A stretch of DNA of 63,553 nt, filler included, from Basidiobolus ranarum (lineage: Eukaryota), in the NCBI GenBank assembly GCA_040143965.1. It is 49 parts of 49 records of this genome, joined end to end, with 100 filler letters (N's around TTAATTAATTAA, not from the genome) between each part and the next. Parts side by side here need not be neighbours in the genome. Positions count along the whole stretch, not along the records: positions 37,756 to 38,953 come from JASJQH010012918.1; positions 39,054 to 40,251 come from JASJQH010012919.1; positions 40,352 to 41,548 come from JASJQH010012920.1; positions 41,649 to 42,845 come from JASJQH010012921.1; positions 42,946 to 44,142 come from JASJQH010012922.1; positions 44,243 to 45,439 come from JASJQH010012923.1; positions 45,540 to 46,735 come from JASJQH010012924.1; positions 46,836 to 48,031 come from JASJQH010012925.1; 41 more parts are not named here. One strand, written 5' to 3'. Below the pieces are notes generated by a model, which did not search any database, had not been told where the DNA came from, and worked only from the letters and a program-made list of their open reading frames with translations. Positions within the stretch are counted from its first letter, which is position 1. Each line of letters starts with the position of its first letter. Below are positions 37,756 to 50,621 of the stretch, piece after piece. Made by a program: the position numbers and the translations under genes.

Positions 37756-38953
37756 CTTGATTGTTGGGATAGAGTGGGATTTTACAAAGGTAGAGTCAAT
37801 AAAACAGGAGGAAGCACCTGAATCAAGAAGTGCAGTTGTTTTTATTGACTTGGAATTTGGTAGCAGGAGTGTAATGGGAGCTTTAATGATTCATATATCG
37901 CAGAGATTGCAATGTATGGTGAAGTTACATTTTTGAAGATGGTTTGCCCAACTGCATGCCCATTATTGCAGCTGGGCATTGAAGTTTTGCAATGGTTGGG
38001 AAGAGTTCTCTTGTACTTGCATATTGTTGATCTTTAATCCGGGATTCTTCTTTGGACAGGTTCTTGCTACATGTCCAGGAGCTCCACAATAGAGGCATAG
38101 ATACTCCTGTTGGCATCAATATTTCTCCTCAGGGCTAAGCTTTCTGAAGCAAGTTCCATCAATTTGCATTGGGTCATCAGCTTGAGCTGTATTTTCTTTT
38201 TGATGGAAAGAGGGTCTGAGAGTGGATGATGAAGGAGAAAAGAAAGGAACCGTATTTCTTTATTGTTATCTTTCAAACAACCGGTTGTCACATTTAACTG
38301 CCAGGTGGATAGCATCAGTCAAGGTCACTGGATCAGCCATAGTGAGTAAAAGATCCTTAATATTTTCTTGGAGTCCATATTGGAATTGGTTGATCAGGGC
38401 AGATTCTCCCCAATTGAGATCACAGGCAAGAAGGTGGAATTCTGCAGCATAAGTTGATGCAGGCTTTGACCCTTGTTTAAGTGCATGGAGCTTGGTGGCT
38501 GAAGTTCTTTCTTTATCTGCATTTCCAAATGTGGCCTCCAGTTCAGCAAGAAAGGCAATGAAGTTTGAAAGAAGTGGAGATTGACTTTCCATCAAAGGGA
38601 CCAACCAAGATAGAGCTGTTCCTGATAATAGTGTTCCTGCTAAGCCTACTTTTGTTTGGTAAGAGGGGTAGCAATAGGGATGTAACTGGGGGATGAGCTT
38701 TACTTGGTTAATAAAACACAGTAGTTTTGGTGACTGCCATCAAACTTATTTGGTAAGGAGATTTTGGGTTCAGGAGTTGAAATTGCAGTATAGTTGGTGG
38801 AGCTGGATTCTGTACTTGAGCAATAGAAGTGCAAAGTTCTTGATTTTCTTGCTGAAGCTGAGTAAGAGCTTGCACAATATCTTCCATTGTTGGGGCTGGC
38901 ATAGACATAATACTTACTATTTTGGGAGGGGGAAGTTTTAAAAACCACAAGTT
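37756..38953 (-). mobile_element. Ty3/Gypsy gag and aspartic protease (frameshifted)
   Basis: PEPKISLPNKFDG, LKQGSKPASTYAAEF, WGESALINQFQYGL, TALLDSGASSCFID. Confidence 0.92.
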
Positions 38954-39053
38954 NNNNNNNNNNNNNNNNNNNNNNNNNNNNNNNNNNNNNNNNNNNNTTA
39001 ATTAATTAANNNNNNNNNNNNNNNNNNNNNNNNNNNNNNNNNNNNNNNNNNNN

Positions 39054-39306
39054 ATGTAAGAATGATGTAAGCATGATCAGGTGACCTTCCATGGAAGGTC
39101 TTGGTGGAAATACACTATGTGTGAGATGGCTTTATTGGTTAGGTTTCATTTAATGTTCCAAAGAACATGACTTCCATATAAGGTAATGTGGATGAACTGA
39201 CACCAGATTGCCGAGAAGGGATGGCACAGCAGATATGATGTCTTAATCTAATAATAGAGGAGTTCTATTTGTAGTGGATTAGTATGCCAAGATCAGAATC
39301 ATGACA
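39054..39306 (-). repeat. Gypsy LTR D (partial)
   Basis: Homologous to 40438-40690. Confidence 0.85.
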
Positions 39307-39485
39307 CATATTGTGTGAAACTTGTTGGAGATATGCAATCAAAACCCCTGAGGATATTTAGTCATAAATATATGCTGTAACTCTGTGTTGCTGGAAGTCC
39401 CACATATGCAATTACTGATACTAGGCCTGATATAACTACAGCTGTAAGCAGGGTGGGCAGTATCAGAAGTATCCTGCAATAGAGT

Positions 39486-39909
39486 TGTTCTATCTTATTG
39501 AGCCAGATCAGGCCAGCTAAAAAGTGTGCCAGCACATATTAGCATGATTGGGCATCACACAGCACAATGTTATTTACTATTTCAGAAACAGTAGTTGTAC
39601 TTATGTGGATGTTTAGGAAAAGTGCTTTTAGACATTATTGTACATTCATAGGATGATAAAAGCTTTATTCATAGTGTCATAAGTCTAGAGCTCTCACTGG
39701 ATATTTTTTAGTATGAATGTGCTGCTAATTAGTCCAGATTTTGACTACTTTGCCTCACTTTGATTGAGGCCCACAAGATGATTTTCCTTTAAACTCTTCA
39801 AGAAACCAAAGTTATATTCTACTATTGCTTGAAAATAGGAAAAAATGTCATTATCAGGCCTTTGTCTCTCTGTGAGTATCCTCCTCAGGGCCTTTTGTTA
39901 GCTGTGACA
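39486..39909 (+). repeat. LTR-like repeat F (about 424 bp, TG...CA)
   Basis: Shares ATTGAGCCAGATCAGGCCAGCTAAAAAGTGTGCCAGC and following sequence with 36010-36357; no clear TSD. Confidence 0.62.
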
Positions 39910-40351
39910 CATATTAGCCTCCTGCATTCTTCCCCAACTTAGGCCAAATCCACCATAGTCTTTTCATATCTTACAGATAGTTCAGGTCTTTCAACCCAAA
40001 GCCTTTTGTCATAGTATCTCCCTGGATGTGATAAAATTGTTTTGGGGAGTTGGAAGTGTTTTAGACAAGATTTGGTTTTGTAAATCAGGCACTGAATTTT
40101 ATAGTTTGATATGAAATAGAACTATTGGATGTGCTTAGATCATAGAAAACATGCCTGTTAAGTATGGGTGAAAATTAAGGTGATTTGGAGAGGTTTTGAA
40201 AAATAGTGAAAATTTTAAAAGTGATCTAATTGATATTTCTGTCATTTGGGGNNNNNNNNNNNNNNNNNNNNNNNNNNNNNNNNNNNNNNNNNNNNTTAAT
40301 TAATTAANNNNNNNNNNNNNNNNNNNNNNNNNNNNNNNNNNNNNNNNNNNN

Positions 40352-40437
40352 AGGAACTTTGCCAGGAGTTTCATGAAGCCTACCTAGAAAAACCTGGCCC
40401 TATGATGCCTGGAAGCCATCACTAAAGAAGGGGATAC
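40352..40437 (+). mobile_element. End of Gypsy pol (chromodomain-type tail) and PPT
   Basis: ELCQEFHEAYLEKPGP resembles the chromovirus FH..YP.KP end; AAGAAGGGGATAC precedes TG. Confidence 0.7.
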
Positions 40438-40888
40438 TGTCATGATTCTGATCTTGGCATACAGATCCACTGCAAATAGAACTCTTCTATTATTATATTA
40501 TGAAATTATATCTGCTGTGCCATCCCTTCTTGGTAATCTTGCATTAGTTCATCCAGATTACCTTATATGGATATCATGTTCTTTAGAACATTCCATGAAA
40601 CCTAAAAAATCACATCATCCCACACATAGTGTATTTCTGCCAAGACCTTCCATGGAAGGTCACCTGAATATCCTTACATCATCCCTCTTTGTATTTGTCC
40701 TTGTAGTCCCCAACATCCCAACTCTTGAACATGCCACAGTATATTCCCTGTTCAGTATATTACGTTTCACCTTGCAATACCTATATAAGACCCATTTATT
40801 CCCTGATCAGACCTCGGTCTGATCAACACTTGTTATCAATAAAGATTCTTGCCAAAGTATCTTCCTTATTCAGTTCCTTATTGGGACA
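40438..40888 (+). repeat. Gypsy 3' LTR D (451 bp) inserted in CMC ORF2 (minus strand, 40889 to about 41470)
   Basis: TGTCATGA...GGGACA; right flank is the reverse complement of ORF2 near 60842. Confidence 0.85.
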
Positions 40889-41648
40889 ACTGGTGTACCT
40901 GGTTCCATGGTAAAATTATGCCTTTTTGCAACTATTTCAGACACTGGAAAAACGTATTTTCATAATGGTAGGAAGAATTTCATAAGTGGGGCAGTATAAC
41001 CTAAACTTAATGGCTTCAATGTTTTTCCCTTGGGTTTACTAACTTCCTTCACCTTGAGTACCACTTCATCTGCTTTTCTTTCTTTTCCAAGCCAACAATT
41101 ACTTACATTTTTGAGATGTTTCATAAATTAGCCTGTGCTAGCCCAATTGCAATTTGCTTGCAAAAACTGGGATAAGCCACATGAAATAAGTCAAGGATCT
41201 TTAGAGTTACACCCTGTTTCTGGTTCTTCCACAATTGACTCAAATTGCGGTAATTTTGGGCAAGATTCCCCACAGTTTCCTAAATGTTAAGCCCTCATCA
41301 TCAGAGCAAGTGATGGCAGCTCTGACATTCAGAGTCTTGTGGTTTGCTGGTTTTCCAATATGATCTCTACTTTTAAATGCTCAAGCAAATTGGGGTTCTT
41401 CTGTAGGCTTAATGGGCCAACACATATTCTGCTCTGCTGGATTGTCATGGTGACATTCATATGTATGCTGCAACTGTCTAGCATTGGCCATGAGTAATTA
41501 GCAGTATTCCAACGGTATACATGATGATAGCAAGTTCGTTAAACATAGNNNNNNNNNNNNNNNNNNNNNNNNNNNNNNNNNNNNNNNNNNNNTTAATTAA
41601 TTAANNNNNNNNNNNNNNNNNNNNNNNNNNNNNNNNNNNNNNNNNNNN

Positions 41649-42033
41649 CTATTTCTTGGAATTCAAAGAAACAACCTACCATAGCACTTTCAACAACAGA
41701 AGCTGAATACATGGCTGCCTGTGAAGCAACAAAAGAAGCAGTATGCTTAAGCAAGCTCTTAGCAGATTTGTGGTATTCTCAAAATCCACCAACTACACTA
41801 TTTCAAGATAATCAAAGTTGTATCAAATTATTTAAAAGTCCCATGTTTCATAATAGAAGCAAACATATAGGTATTAAGCCTCACTTTATTAGAGAGACTA
41901 TAGAGAAAAAGTTTATTGACATAACTTATTGTTCAATAAATGTCAGCTTTCTACTCAATAAATCAATAAGTGAAAACCACCAATTCTTCTAATTCTCCAA
42001 ACCACTTCCAACAGGCTCACAAATACTTTAACA
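41649..42033 (+). mobile_element. Copia RNase H fused by deletion to the 3' part of LTR A
   Basis: ALSTTEAEYMAACEATKE, DNQSCI; ends AAATACTTTAACA. Confidence 0.85.
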
Positions 42034-42845
42034 ATTTCAACATGATCACTGATATCAATTCACCAAATAGTAAGTCTGACATCAAACTTGTTATCAGCCA
42101 TAAGCCTAAGATTATATTGCTAAAGGGGATCAGCTGGAGCTAGAGCTTCCCTTTAGGCACTGTGCACTTACTATTCAACAACATCTCAATACTGCTTACT
42201 CAGCTATATAGTGGAAAATTCAATATAAATGAGCCATTTGAGATAGGATCAAAGTTTAAATCAATTGGGAAAATGCTTGAAAACATCAAGATATCATCAT
42301 ATTTTACCAGGACTCCCATCAATATCCATTCATCCAGGCATTTATTCAAATGCAAAGACTGGAAGTATTGGATTTGTGTATATTTAAATGGAGTCTTGAA
42401 AAGATTTCTGCCCAATAAATATTGGCAACATTCAGAGTTGTGTGTGGATACTGGTAATATATTCTTACAGCATCAACTCACATTGGGAGATCTTAGGCAG
42501 ATATAGCAACTGTGCAAAGATTTTGCAATTGGATATGGAAAACTTTATTACAGGTTTAAAGAAGATATACTGGATCTATTCCAGTATTCAATACATTCCC
42601 TGATACATCTTTCACAATGCTTAGAGCTTATAGGCCCTTGCTATACACTCTGGGAGCTCCCAAAGGAGTACACCTGTGGTGAAATGATGCTCTGTGTGAA
42701 ATCATCAGTATTACCATATGCCTTTCTGATTAACAATGTATTAACAAAATCAGTGATAGATGTAATGCAATGGGTTAAGGAGACTCCAGAGTATATTAAC
42801 CATCCAACAAAGGGCTCTTTTCAATGTGCTCACGGGTTTTTGCAT
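42034..42845 (+). mobile_element. CMC transposase pseudogene fragment
   Basis: FKCKDWKYWI, homologous to 18560-19365. Confidence 0.86.
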
Positions 42846-42945
42846 NNNNNNNNNNNNNNNNNNNNNNNNNNNNNNNNNNNNNNNNNNNNTTAATTAATTA
42901 ANNNNNNNNNNNNNNNNNNNNNNNNNNNNNNNNNNNNNNNNNNNN

Positions 42946-43347
42946 CAAGCATAAGCAATATTCAAATTTAAGATGTTTATCTATTTTTTCACCATTAGTT
43001 TGCTGGTAAAGCATATTGATGTTGTTGAGTTATGTCTAATCAGTCAAGTGTGTGCATATGAAGTGCTAAACACAAGATTCTTGTATTTTGCATAAGCCCA
43101 GTAATTTGCCATTCGAAAATTAGTTTTTTGCAAAAGTTGTTGGGAAATAAATAATGTCTGCCAAATATGAGGATTAATGATTTACTTTTTATGAATACTA
43201 ATAAATTACCATCAAGAAGCCACCATTCCATCATCAAAATCCCTGGCAGAATGCAAGCCACCAATATTGTGACAATTCTCTGATGGTTTTGCAATTTAGC
43301 AGGGTGGGTTTAATCTGGATCAAACCAATTTTATTTTTGTTTGAGGG
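42946..43347 (+). mobile_element. CMC element terminal region inserted into Copia pol
   Basis: Homologous to 26064-26503; Copia sequence resumes after ...TTTGAGGG. Confidence 0.78.
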
Positions 43348-44142
43348 CTCAGATCAGATGTTGTTGAACTCAAATTTAAGCCAGAAATTTCCTCTTCAAT
43401 CTATGGTTAGTAGTTTGATATATACCTTGGTTGGAACATGGATGGATATTGCTTACTCTGTGGGAGATATCTGCCAACATCTTAAAAGATTTAGGTCTGA
43501 TCAAATCTTAGCAGTGAAACAAACTTTCAGACATTTGAAAAGCACTGTCAATCAATACATAAAATAGACATATTCTGGATGATACTTTGATCTGATGGGA
43601 TATTCAGAGGCAAATTGGGAAATAGATATTGAAGTCAGGAGATCTGCAACAGGATGCATGTATCTTTGCTGTAATGGAGCTAATGCTTGGATTGCAAAGA
43701 AATAACCTACCATAGCACTTTCAACTACCAAAGCAGAATAAATGGCTGCTTGTGAAGCAATAAAAAGATATCATGGTTGAAAAAACTCTTAACAGATTTA
43801 GGCTATTCTCAAGATTCACCAACTACAATATTTCAACATAATCTAATTTGTATCAAATTAGCTAGAAGTTCCATATTACATACTAAAAGCAAATGTGTAG
43901 ATTTTAGGCATCATTATACTAGAGAGACTACAGAGCCTAAGTTCATTGATTTAACTTATCATTCTACAGAAGATATGATATATTAGCCATACTATTAGTA
44001 AGACAGAAGTTCAAGAAACCTAGACCTTACATAGGATTAATATACAATTATATTTAGCTGAGGGAGAGTATGGACATTAGCATTGCCTAAATACCTATTT
44101 GATCATATACTGCTTAGTACTTAGCTATGTTAAACTCTACCA
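43348..44142 (+). mobile_element. Copia family A RT/RNase H pseudogene, PPT and start of 3' LTR A (44069)
   Basis: QSMVSSLIY, PTIALSTTKAE; GAGGGAGAG then LTR A-like sequence. Confidence 0.85.
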
Positions 44143-44589
44143 NNNNNNNNNNNNNNNNNNNNNNNNNNNNNNNNNNNNNNNNNNNNTTAATTAATTAANN
44201 NNNNNNNNNNNNNNNNNNNNNNNNNNNNNNNNNNNNNNNNNNTTGATGGCCTTCAAGGTCTATATTGGCCATGACACCTTATTAAGCTTGATTTGGAAGT
44301 ATACCTGATAGGGCCAATCTTGGAGTTTCTGGAAGCACTGCATATGCAATGATTCCAGTCCAGAAGAGATCAAAATTAGACTAACAAAGCCAGAAATGTC
44401 TTTTTTTGGGATATTGTGATGGAACAACAGGGTACAGACTATAAGACATGAAAAATAAGAGGCTAATCAAATCAAGAGGCATGGAATTTGATGAAGAAGA
44501 AAAATTTTCAATCAAAATAATCCAGGATCAAGAAATCAACTGAAAATTGATGAACATTCTTCTTTTTCTCACCAGATTTTTTGAATGGC

Positions 44590-45245
44590 AAATTACTGGG
44601 TTTACTGTTGTAGGAATTCAAATTAATATGCATTCCTTTATTTAGATATTTTAGGCCTTGTATTCCAGCTATAATGAAAATCAAAAAATACAAGAATCTT
44701 GTTGTGTTTAGTCTCTACATATGCATATATTTGACTGATTAGACATAACTCAACAACATCAATATGCTTTACCAGCAAACTAACGGTAAAAAAATTGCTA
44801 AACAACTGAAATTTTGAATAGCACTGCCACTTGGCAAACAGCTGACTCTTGTTACCATTCACAATGAGAATAAGCTCCTGGATTTTGGCAAATTTCCATA
44901 AAGAATTCAGCCAATATATCCCCAGCTTGCAGTCAACAAATATCTTGCCACCAGTAGATGTGTCATTGCTTGAATAGATTACCCCATGGCTACAACAATA
45001 AGACTGTGTATATCCATCTACCTCGCCAAGAAGTCTGTCTTACAGCTTTCCTAAAAATACTATCAGATTATGACACAAATAAATTAGTCCAATTATAAAG
45101 GTACTTACTCTGTGTGTATGGATTGGGCTTTGTTGCTGTTATTGTGCTCAAACAATGCAAAAACCCTTGAGCACATTGAAAAGAGTCCTTTGTTGGCAGG
45201 TTAATATACTCTGGAGTCTCCTTAACCCATTGTATTACATCCATC
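44590..45245 (-). mobile_element. CMC transposase C-terminal and downstream region, interrupted by LTR D (45246-45439)
   Basis: VMQWVKETPEYINLPTKG links to 19280-19457 and continues into the sequence of 26064-26280. Confidence 0.82.
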
Positions 45246-45539
45246 TGTCATGATTCTCATCTTGGCAAACTGATCCACTACAAATAGAACTTCTCTATTA
45301 TTAGATTATGACATCATATCTGCTGTGCCATCCCTTCTTGGCAATCTGGTGTCAGTTCATCCAGATTACCTAATATGGGAATCATGTTCTTTGGAACCTT
45401 CCATGAAACCTAACCAATCATGTCATCCCACACATAGTGNNNNNNNNNNNNNNNNNNNNNNNNNNNNNNNNNNNNNNNNNNNNTTAATTAATTAANNNNN
45501 NNNNNNNNNNNNNNNNNNNNNNNNNNNNNNNNNNNNNNN

Positions 45540-46488
45540 TTTTTTTAAGGAAGTACTACATGCTCCAGATATTGCCAAGAATCTAATATTTGTATGCAAC
45601 GCCATTTCACAAGGGCTGCAATTTAATTTTGAAAAGTCACAATGCACCATCACTGATCAAAATGGGAATTATTTAGCATTGGGAGAAAAGGATCAGTACT
45701 GATACAAACTTACATATAATACATGAGGCTTATGTGTAAATATAAAGTATTCCAATCAAGACACTATTGAATTATGACATAAGAGATTTGGCCATATTGG
45801 ATTTGATTATTTGAGCAAAATGATCGAAAATTGCCTAATTTCTGGAAGTCAAATTAACCATCCAATCAAAAAGAAAACTGGTGAGGATTGTATATATGGA
45901 AAACAAGCTTGACAACCATTCATGAGCTCTGGTTTAATCAAATCTGTCAAGATATTGAATTTAATTTATTCAGATTTGTGTGGACCTATGCAAAATTTAT
46001 CTTTACGCAGAAAAAGATATTTAACCATATCAATTGATGATTAAGCAAGATACACTTGGATCTACTTTGCAGGAAGAAAAGAAGAAGCTCTTTCTTTCTT
46101 TAGGGATTTTAAAACACTTGTGGAGACTGAAACTGGAACTAAAATCAAGAAAATATGTACTGATAAAGGAGGAGAATATACTTCAACACTTTTCAAGCAC
46201 TTTTACAAAGTTCATGGAATTAAGCAAGAAACTACTGCCCCCTGTTCACCTGAACAAAGTGGAGTTGTTGTAATAGCTAACAGGACTATAATAGAAATGG
46301 CAAGATCTATGATAAATGCACAAAATATATCTCATAACTTTTGGGCTGAATCTGTTTCTACAGCTGTAAATCTGAAGACTAGGAGATTTATTAGAAGTCT
46401 GTCTAGCTCTTCACCATATCAAGCTTTGATTGGAGTTAAACCTGATGTAAACATTTGAGGATCTTTGAATGAATTGCTTATGTCATAT
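45540..46488 (+). mobile_element. Copia protease-integrase pseudogene
   Basis: TDKGGEY, PEQSGV, FWAESVSTA. Confidence 0.9.
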
Positions 46489-46735
46489 CCCTAACAAAAA
46501 TAAAATTGATTTGATCTGGATCAGATCCACCCTCCAAAATAGCAAAACCATCAGAGAACCATCACAATATTCTTGGCTTGCATTCTGCCAGGGATTTTGA
46601 TGGTGTGATGGCGGTTTCTTGATACTATCTTAACAGTATTCATACATGTTAAAATATTGATCCTCAAATTTGGCATGCGTTATTCAATATCCAGCAATTT
46701 TTGCAAAAATATAATTTTGGAATGGCAAATTACTG
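46489..46735 (-). mobile_element. CMC element terminus CCCTAACAAAAATAAAATTG... inserted in Copia integrase
   Basis: Sharp junction; CCCTA fits the CMC terminal consensus CMCWR. Confidence 0.82.
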
Positions 46736-46835
46736 NNNNNNNNNNNNNNNNNNNNNNNNNNNNNNNNNNNNNNNNNNNNTTAATTAATTAANNNNNNNNN
46801 NNNNNNNNNNNNNNNNNNNNNNNNNNNNNNNNNNN

Positions 46836-48031
46836 GACTTACTGGTTTGACCAAAGTTGCATTTTGACCTACATCATTCTGGTCACATTATTGTGGTAAC
46901 TTCACATTATCTTGACTTTTGGCAGTGTTACCAAAACTTTGAGGTAAACTACAGTCAGTGTACTCCATAGGCAAAACTAAAGTAGATTTAGTGCACTTAT
47001 TACAGTTGTTATACACCAGGCTTTGTGCAGCTGGTGGCTTTGTACAGTGACCGTGCTTGTGATTATTTTTTCTATTAAGCCTCTGGCTTTCATAGCACAA
47101 GAATTTGCAACAATAATAGCAGGGCTTCTTTAAATGTTTGTGTTGCAGCATGAGTAGGATATTGTAGAAAAAAACACCTCCCATGTAAGGGTGGTATTTA
47201 AGGTATAGCCCAACAATATCATCAGCTGATTCTGAGATGGTGTCACAGATGAGTCATCAGGGGATTTACAAGATATTTCCGGTAATGGATGACAATTATG
47301 GTTTATTGTAAGCTGTTTCTAAACAATTTTATTACACCAAGTTTACCATCTGAAAATTTCTATGCTATTTAAAAAGTGTTCAAAATCTAAGTCAAAATTG
47401 GCTTCCAAGCCAAAGCCTGCTTGCACAAAAGGAAAAAACCCAGCAAGAACAGAGGACTTCATTGATGAGCAGTATAGCAATCCACTATCCACTTTGGAAG
47501 GTATTAACATGCTGAAACTAAGTCAAGTAATGATGAAACATTAATCAATTTTCCAGATATGTTCCTTTCCAGCAATAGTCCAAGTGAAGATATTGTAATC
47601 CCCAAATTACATAGTAAATCAATAGTTGAGCTAAGTTCAACCAAAACACTGTCAAGACCATCAACTTCCAAAATGGCTACTTTGCCCACTATTGAACAAA
47701 CCTCTGTAGAAAATTAGGTTAGAAGTATTTTGAAAAGGGAACTGCAGTAGAACGCCGTAATGATTTGTATGCAATCATAAGTAAAAACTGTGAAGTTGCT
47801 ATACAGACCATGACAAGCAATAATGCCGCAATATTGCAATTAATGCAGCATTCAAAAGCAACAAGTCAGCAGTTAGAGAGTGACTCACCAATGATACAAG
47901 ATCTTCAGAATGCTGTTCTTGAGCTATAGCAACATGCTGCTCCCTGTGTCCATTCTCATATGGGATTTCAGTCAATCCCACACCATACATATGAATGTCA
48001 CTGTGACAATCTAGCAGACCAGAATATGTGC
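46836..48031. mobile_element. CMC element head-to-head region: putative transposase ATG 47151(-), ORF2 ATG 47362(+)
   Basis: 46836-46872 is the reverse complement of 13049-13085; minus strand MLQHKHLKKPCYYCCKFLCY; plus strand MLFKKCSKSKSK. Confidence 0.8.
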
Positions 48032-48131
48032 NNNNNNNNNNNNNNNNNNNNNNNNNNNNNNNNNNNNNNNNNNNNTTAATTAATTAANNNNNNNNNNNNN
48101 NNNNNNNNNNNNNNNNNNNNNNNNNNNNNNN

Positions 48132-49326
48132 TAAAATGAGCTATCTTTGGGGCAATTTGGACAAGTTTGAAATTTCCAATATGAAATTGCTAATTCTCAC
48201 ATTATTCACATATATATATAATTTATGTTCCAATTTTCAGCAAAGTCATATTTGACTATGTAATGTTAACAAACTTATATGTGATATATGAGATAGTTAG
48301 GTGTATAAAGATAGAGATAACAAATATGATAAAGACAATAAACTTCAACATACACCATCAAAATCCCTGGCAGAATGCAAGCCACCAATATTGTGATGGT
48401 TCTCTGATGGTTTTGCTATTTTGGAGTGTGGATCTGATCTGGATCAAATCAATTTTATTTTTGTTTGGGTGCAGTGTTATTACTTGTCATGGCCAGTATA
48501 GTAACTTTGTAGTTTTTACTTATGATCACATACAAATCTTTATGGTGTTCTGCCTGCAATTCCCTTGTTGTAATAATAATATTCAAATATTCTATTAGGA
48601 ATTGTTCAAAAGTTGGCAAAGTATGCATTTTGGAAGTTGATAGTCTTGATAGAGTTTCTGTTGAACTTGGCTAAACAATTGATATACTACCAAATTGGAG
48701 GATTACAATGACTTGACTTACACTATTGCTGCAAGGAACACCTCTGGTGAATTGATTAATGCTTCATCAGTAATTAAGTTAGTTTCTGGCATGTTAATGT
48801 CCTCCAAAGTGGATAGTGGATTGCTAGACTGCTCATCAATTAGGTCCTCTGTTCTTGCTGGTTTGTTTCCTTTTGTGCAAACATGCTTTGGCTTGGAAGC
48901 TGATTTTGACTGGGATTTTGAATTTCAGTTGGTAACCCATTGCATAACATACATCACTGATTTAGCTGATACATTGTTAATGAGTTTAGCATATGGTAAT
49001 ACTGAAAATTCCATACAGATCATTGTTTCACCACAGGTGCACTCCTTTGGAAACTCCCAGAATGTATAGCAAGGGCCTATAATCTCTGACCATTGTGAGT
49101 GATGCAAAAGGGAATGTATTGAATACTGGCATAGATTCAAGCTATCTTCTTTAAACCTGTAGTAAGTTGCCATATTCAATTATAAAATCTTTGCACAATT
49201 ACTGTATTGGCCTAAGATCTGCTAATGTGAGTTGATGCTGTAAGAATGTATTAAAAATATCCACAGACTACTCCCAATGTTGCCAATGCTTATCAGGCAG
49301 AAATCTTTTCAAGATGCCACTTGAAT
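48132..49326. mobile_element. Mosaic: LTR B (48132-48350, minus), CMC terminus (to 48469), ORF2 (minus), transposase (minus, 48926-49326)
   Basis: Each block matches copies elsewhere in the window. Confidence 0.8.
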
Positions 49327-49426
49327 NNNNNNNNNNNNNNNNNNNNNNNNNNNNNNNNNNNNNNNNNNNNTTAATTAATTAANNNNNNNNNNNNNNNNNN
49401 NNNNNNNNNNNNNNNNNNNNNNNNNN

Positions 49427-50621
49427 GAGGATTTTGACATAATGGGGGTAGACTTCGAGTATTAGAAGCAACTAATGATAGTGTGTTTTAGTTACTTTAT
49501 TCTTAAGAGTACATGGTGACTTGTATAGTAGAAAAGTGAATCAAGTGTCTGAGATATTCAGGAGTTTGTGTAATAAGACATAATAGACAAGTGGGGGTAA
49601 TAAAACATATTTGTTATATAGATATAGATATATACCTATTTTGAATATAGGGGCTATAGATACATTGCTTTCTGTTTCTGATATATATATCATAACTAAA
49701 GTTAACTACAATGCTGAATAAACATTAATCATCCAATATTTTCAATAAAAAGTCAACTTGAAGTTCTCAAACATACAGATTTTTGAAATTGTTGTAAAAG
49801 CCCCAAACCTTGCACATATACTCCTAGGACCTTTCTTGGCATGTTTTAAGTGTCTATATGAATACACCTTGATCAAGATATAAACTTTAACTTTCCACTC
49901 AAGCAATCAATAGGTGTAAGCCAACAACTCTTCTACTCCTCCCAGCCACTTGCAGCAATCTCCCAAAATACCTCAATTGGTTATGAGTTGTATTTAGATC
50001 ACCAAATATCCTGCACATCCCTCAAGGACAAACCATATTGATATATGACCGCACTTTATATCAGAAAAGTTCAAGACAAAGAAGCAAACTATATATATTC
50101 TAATACTGAAAAACTCTTTCAGATATAATAACAAAAGCCACTCAAAACCTAAAGTTATGAGAAGTTAAGAGCAGGTCTAGGCATTAGTAAATATGAGCAT
50201 AATGCTGAATATGAATCAAGGGAAGATATTGGATAATTATTCTATATTTAACATCTTAGTTGACTTTAGTCAAAATACATATATCAGAAACAGAAAGCAA
50301 GGCATCTATGGCCCCTATATTCCAATTAGGAATATCTCAATATCTATGTAAGCAGTTTGTCTTATTACCTCTACTTATCTATCATATCCTATTACACTAA
50401 CTGCTGAATATCTTGAACAATTGACTTACTTCTATGCTGTATAAGTAACCATATTTCTGTGTAAGAGGGAAGTAGATAGCAAATCACGAACTTTACAGAG
50501 CCAAAGAAATAGTGTAGTGCAGAAATATGGAGCTTTTTAAGCAGGTGATATTAGCAGAGCAGATCTAACTAATGTGGGGCTTGGGAATAGCAGTAGTATA
50601 ATATGTGATGGTTGGGAGTAG
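49427..50621. repeat. Cluster of decayed LTRs: LTR C (minus, to 49738), diverged LTR A-like with PBS remnant (49979), LTR C (plus, from 50227)
   Basis: TCAGAAACAGAAAGCAA core in both orientations; GGTTATGAG remnant. Confidence 0.65.
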
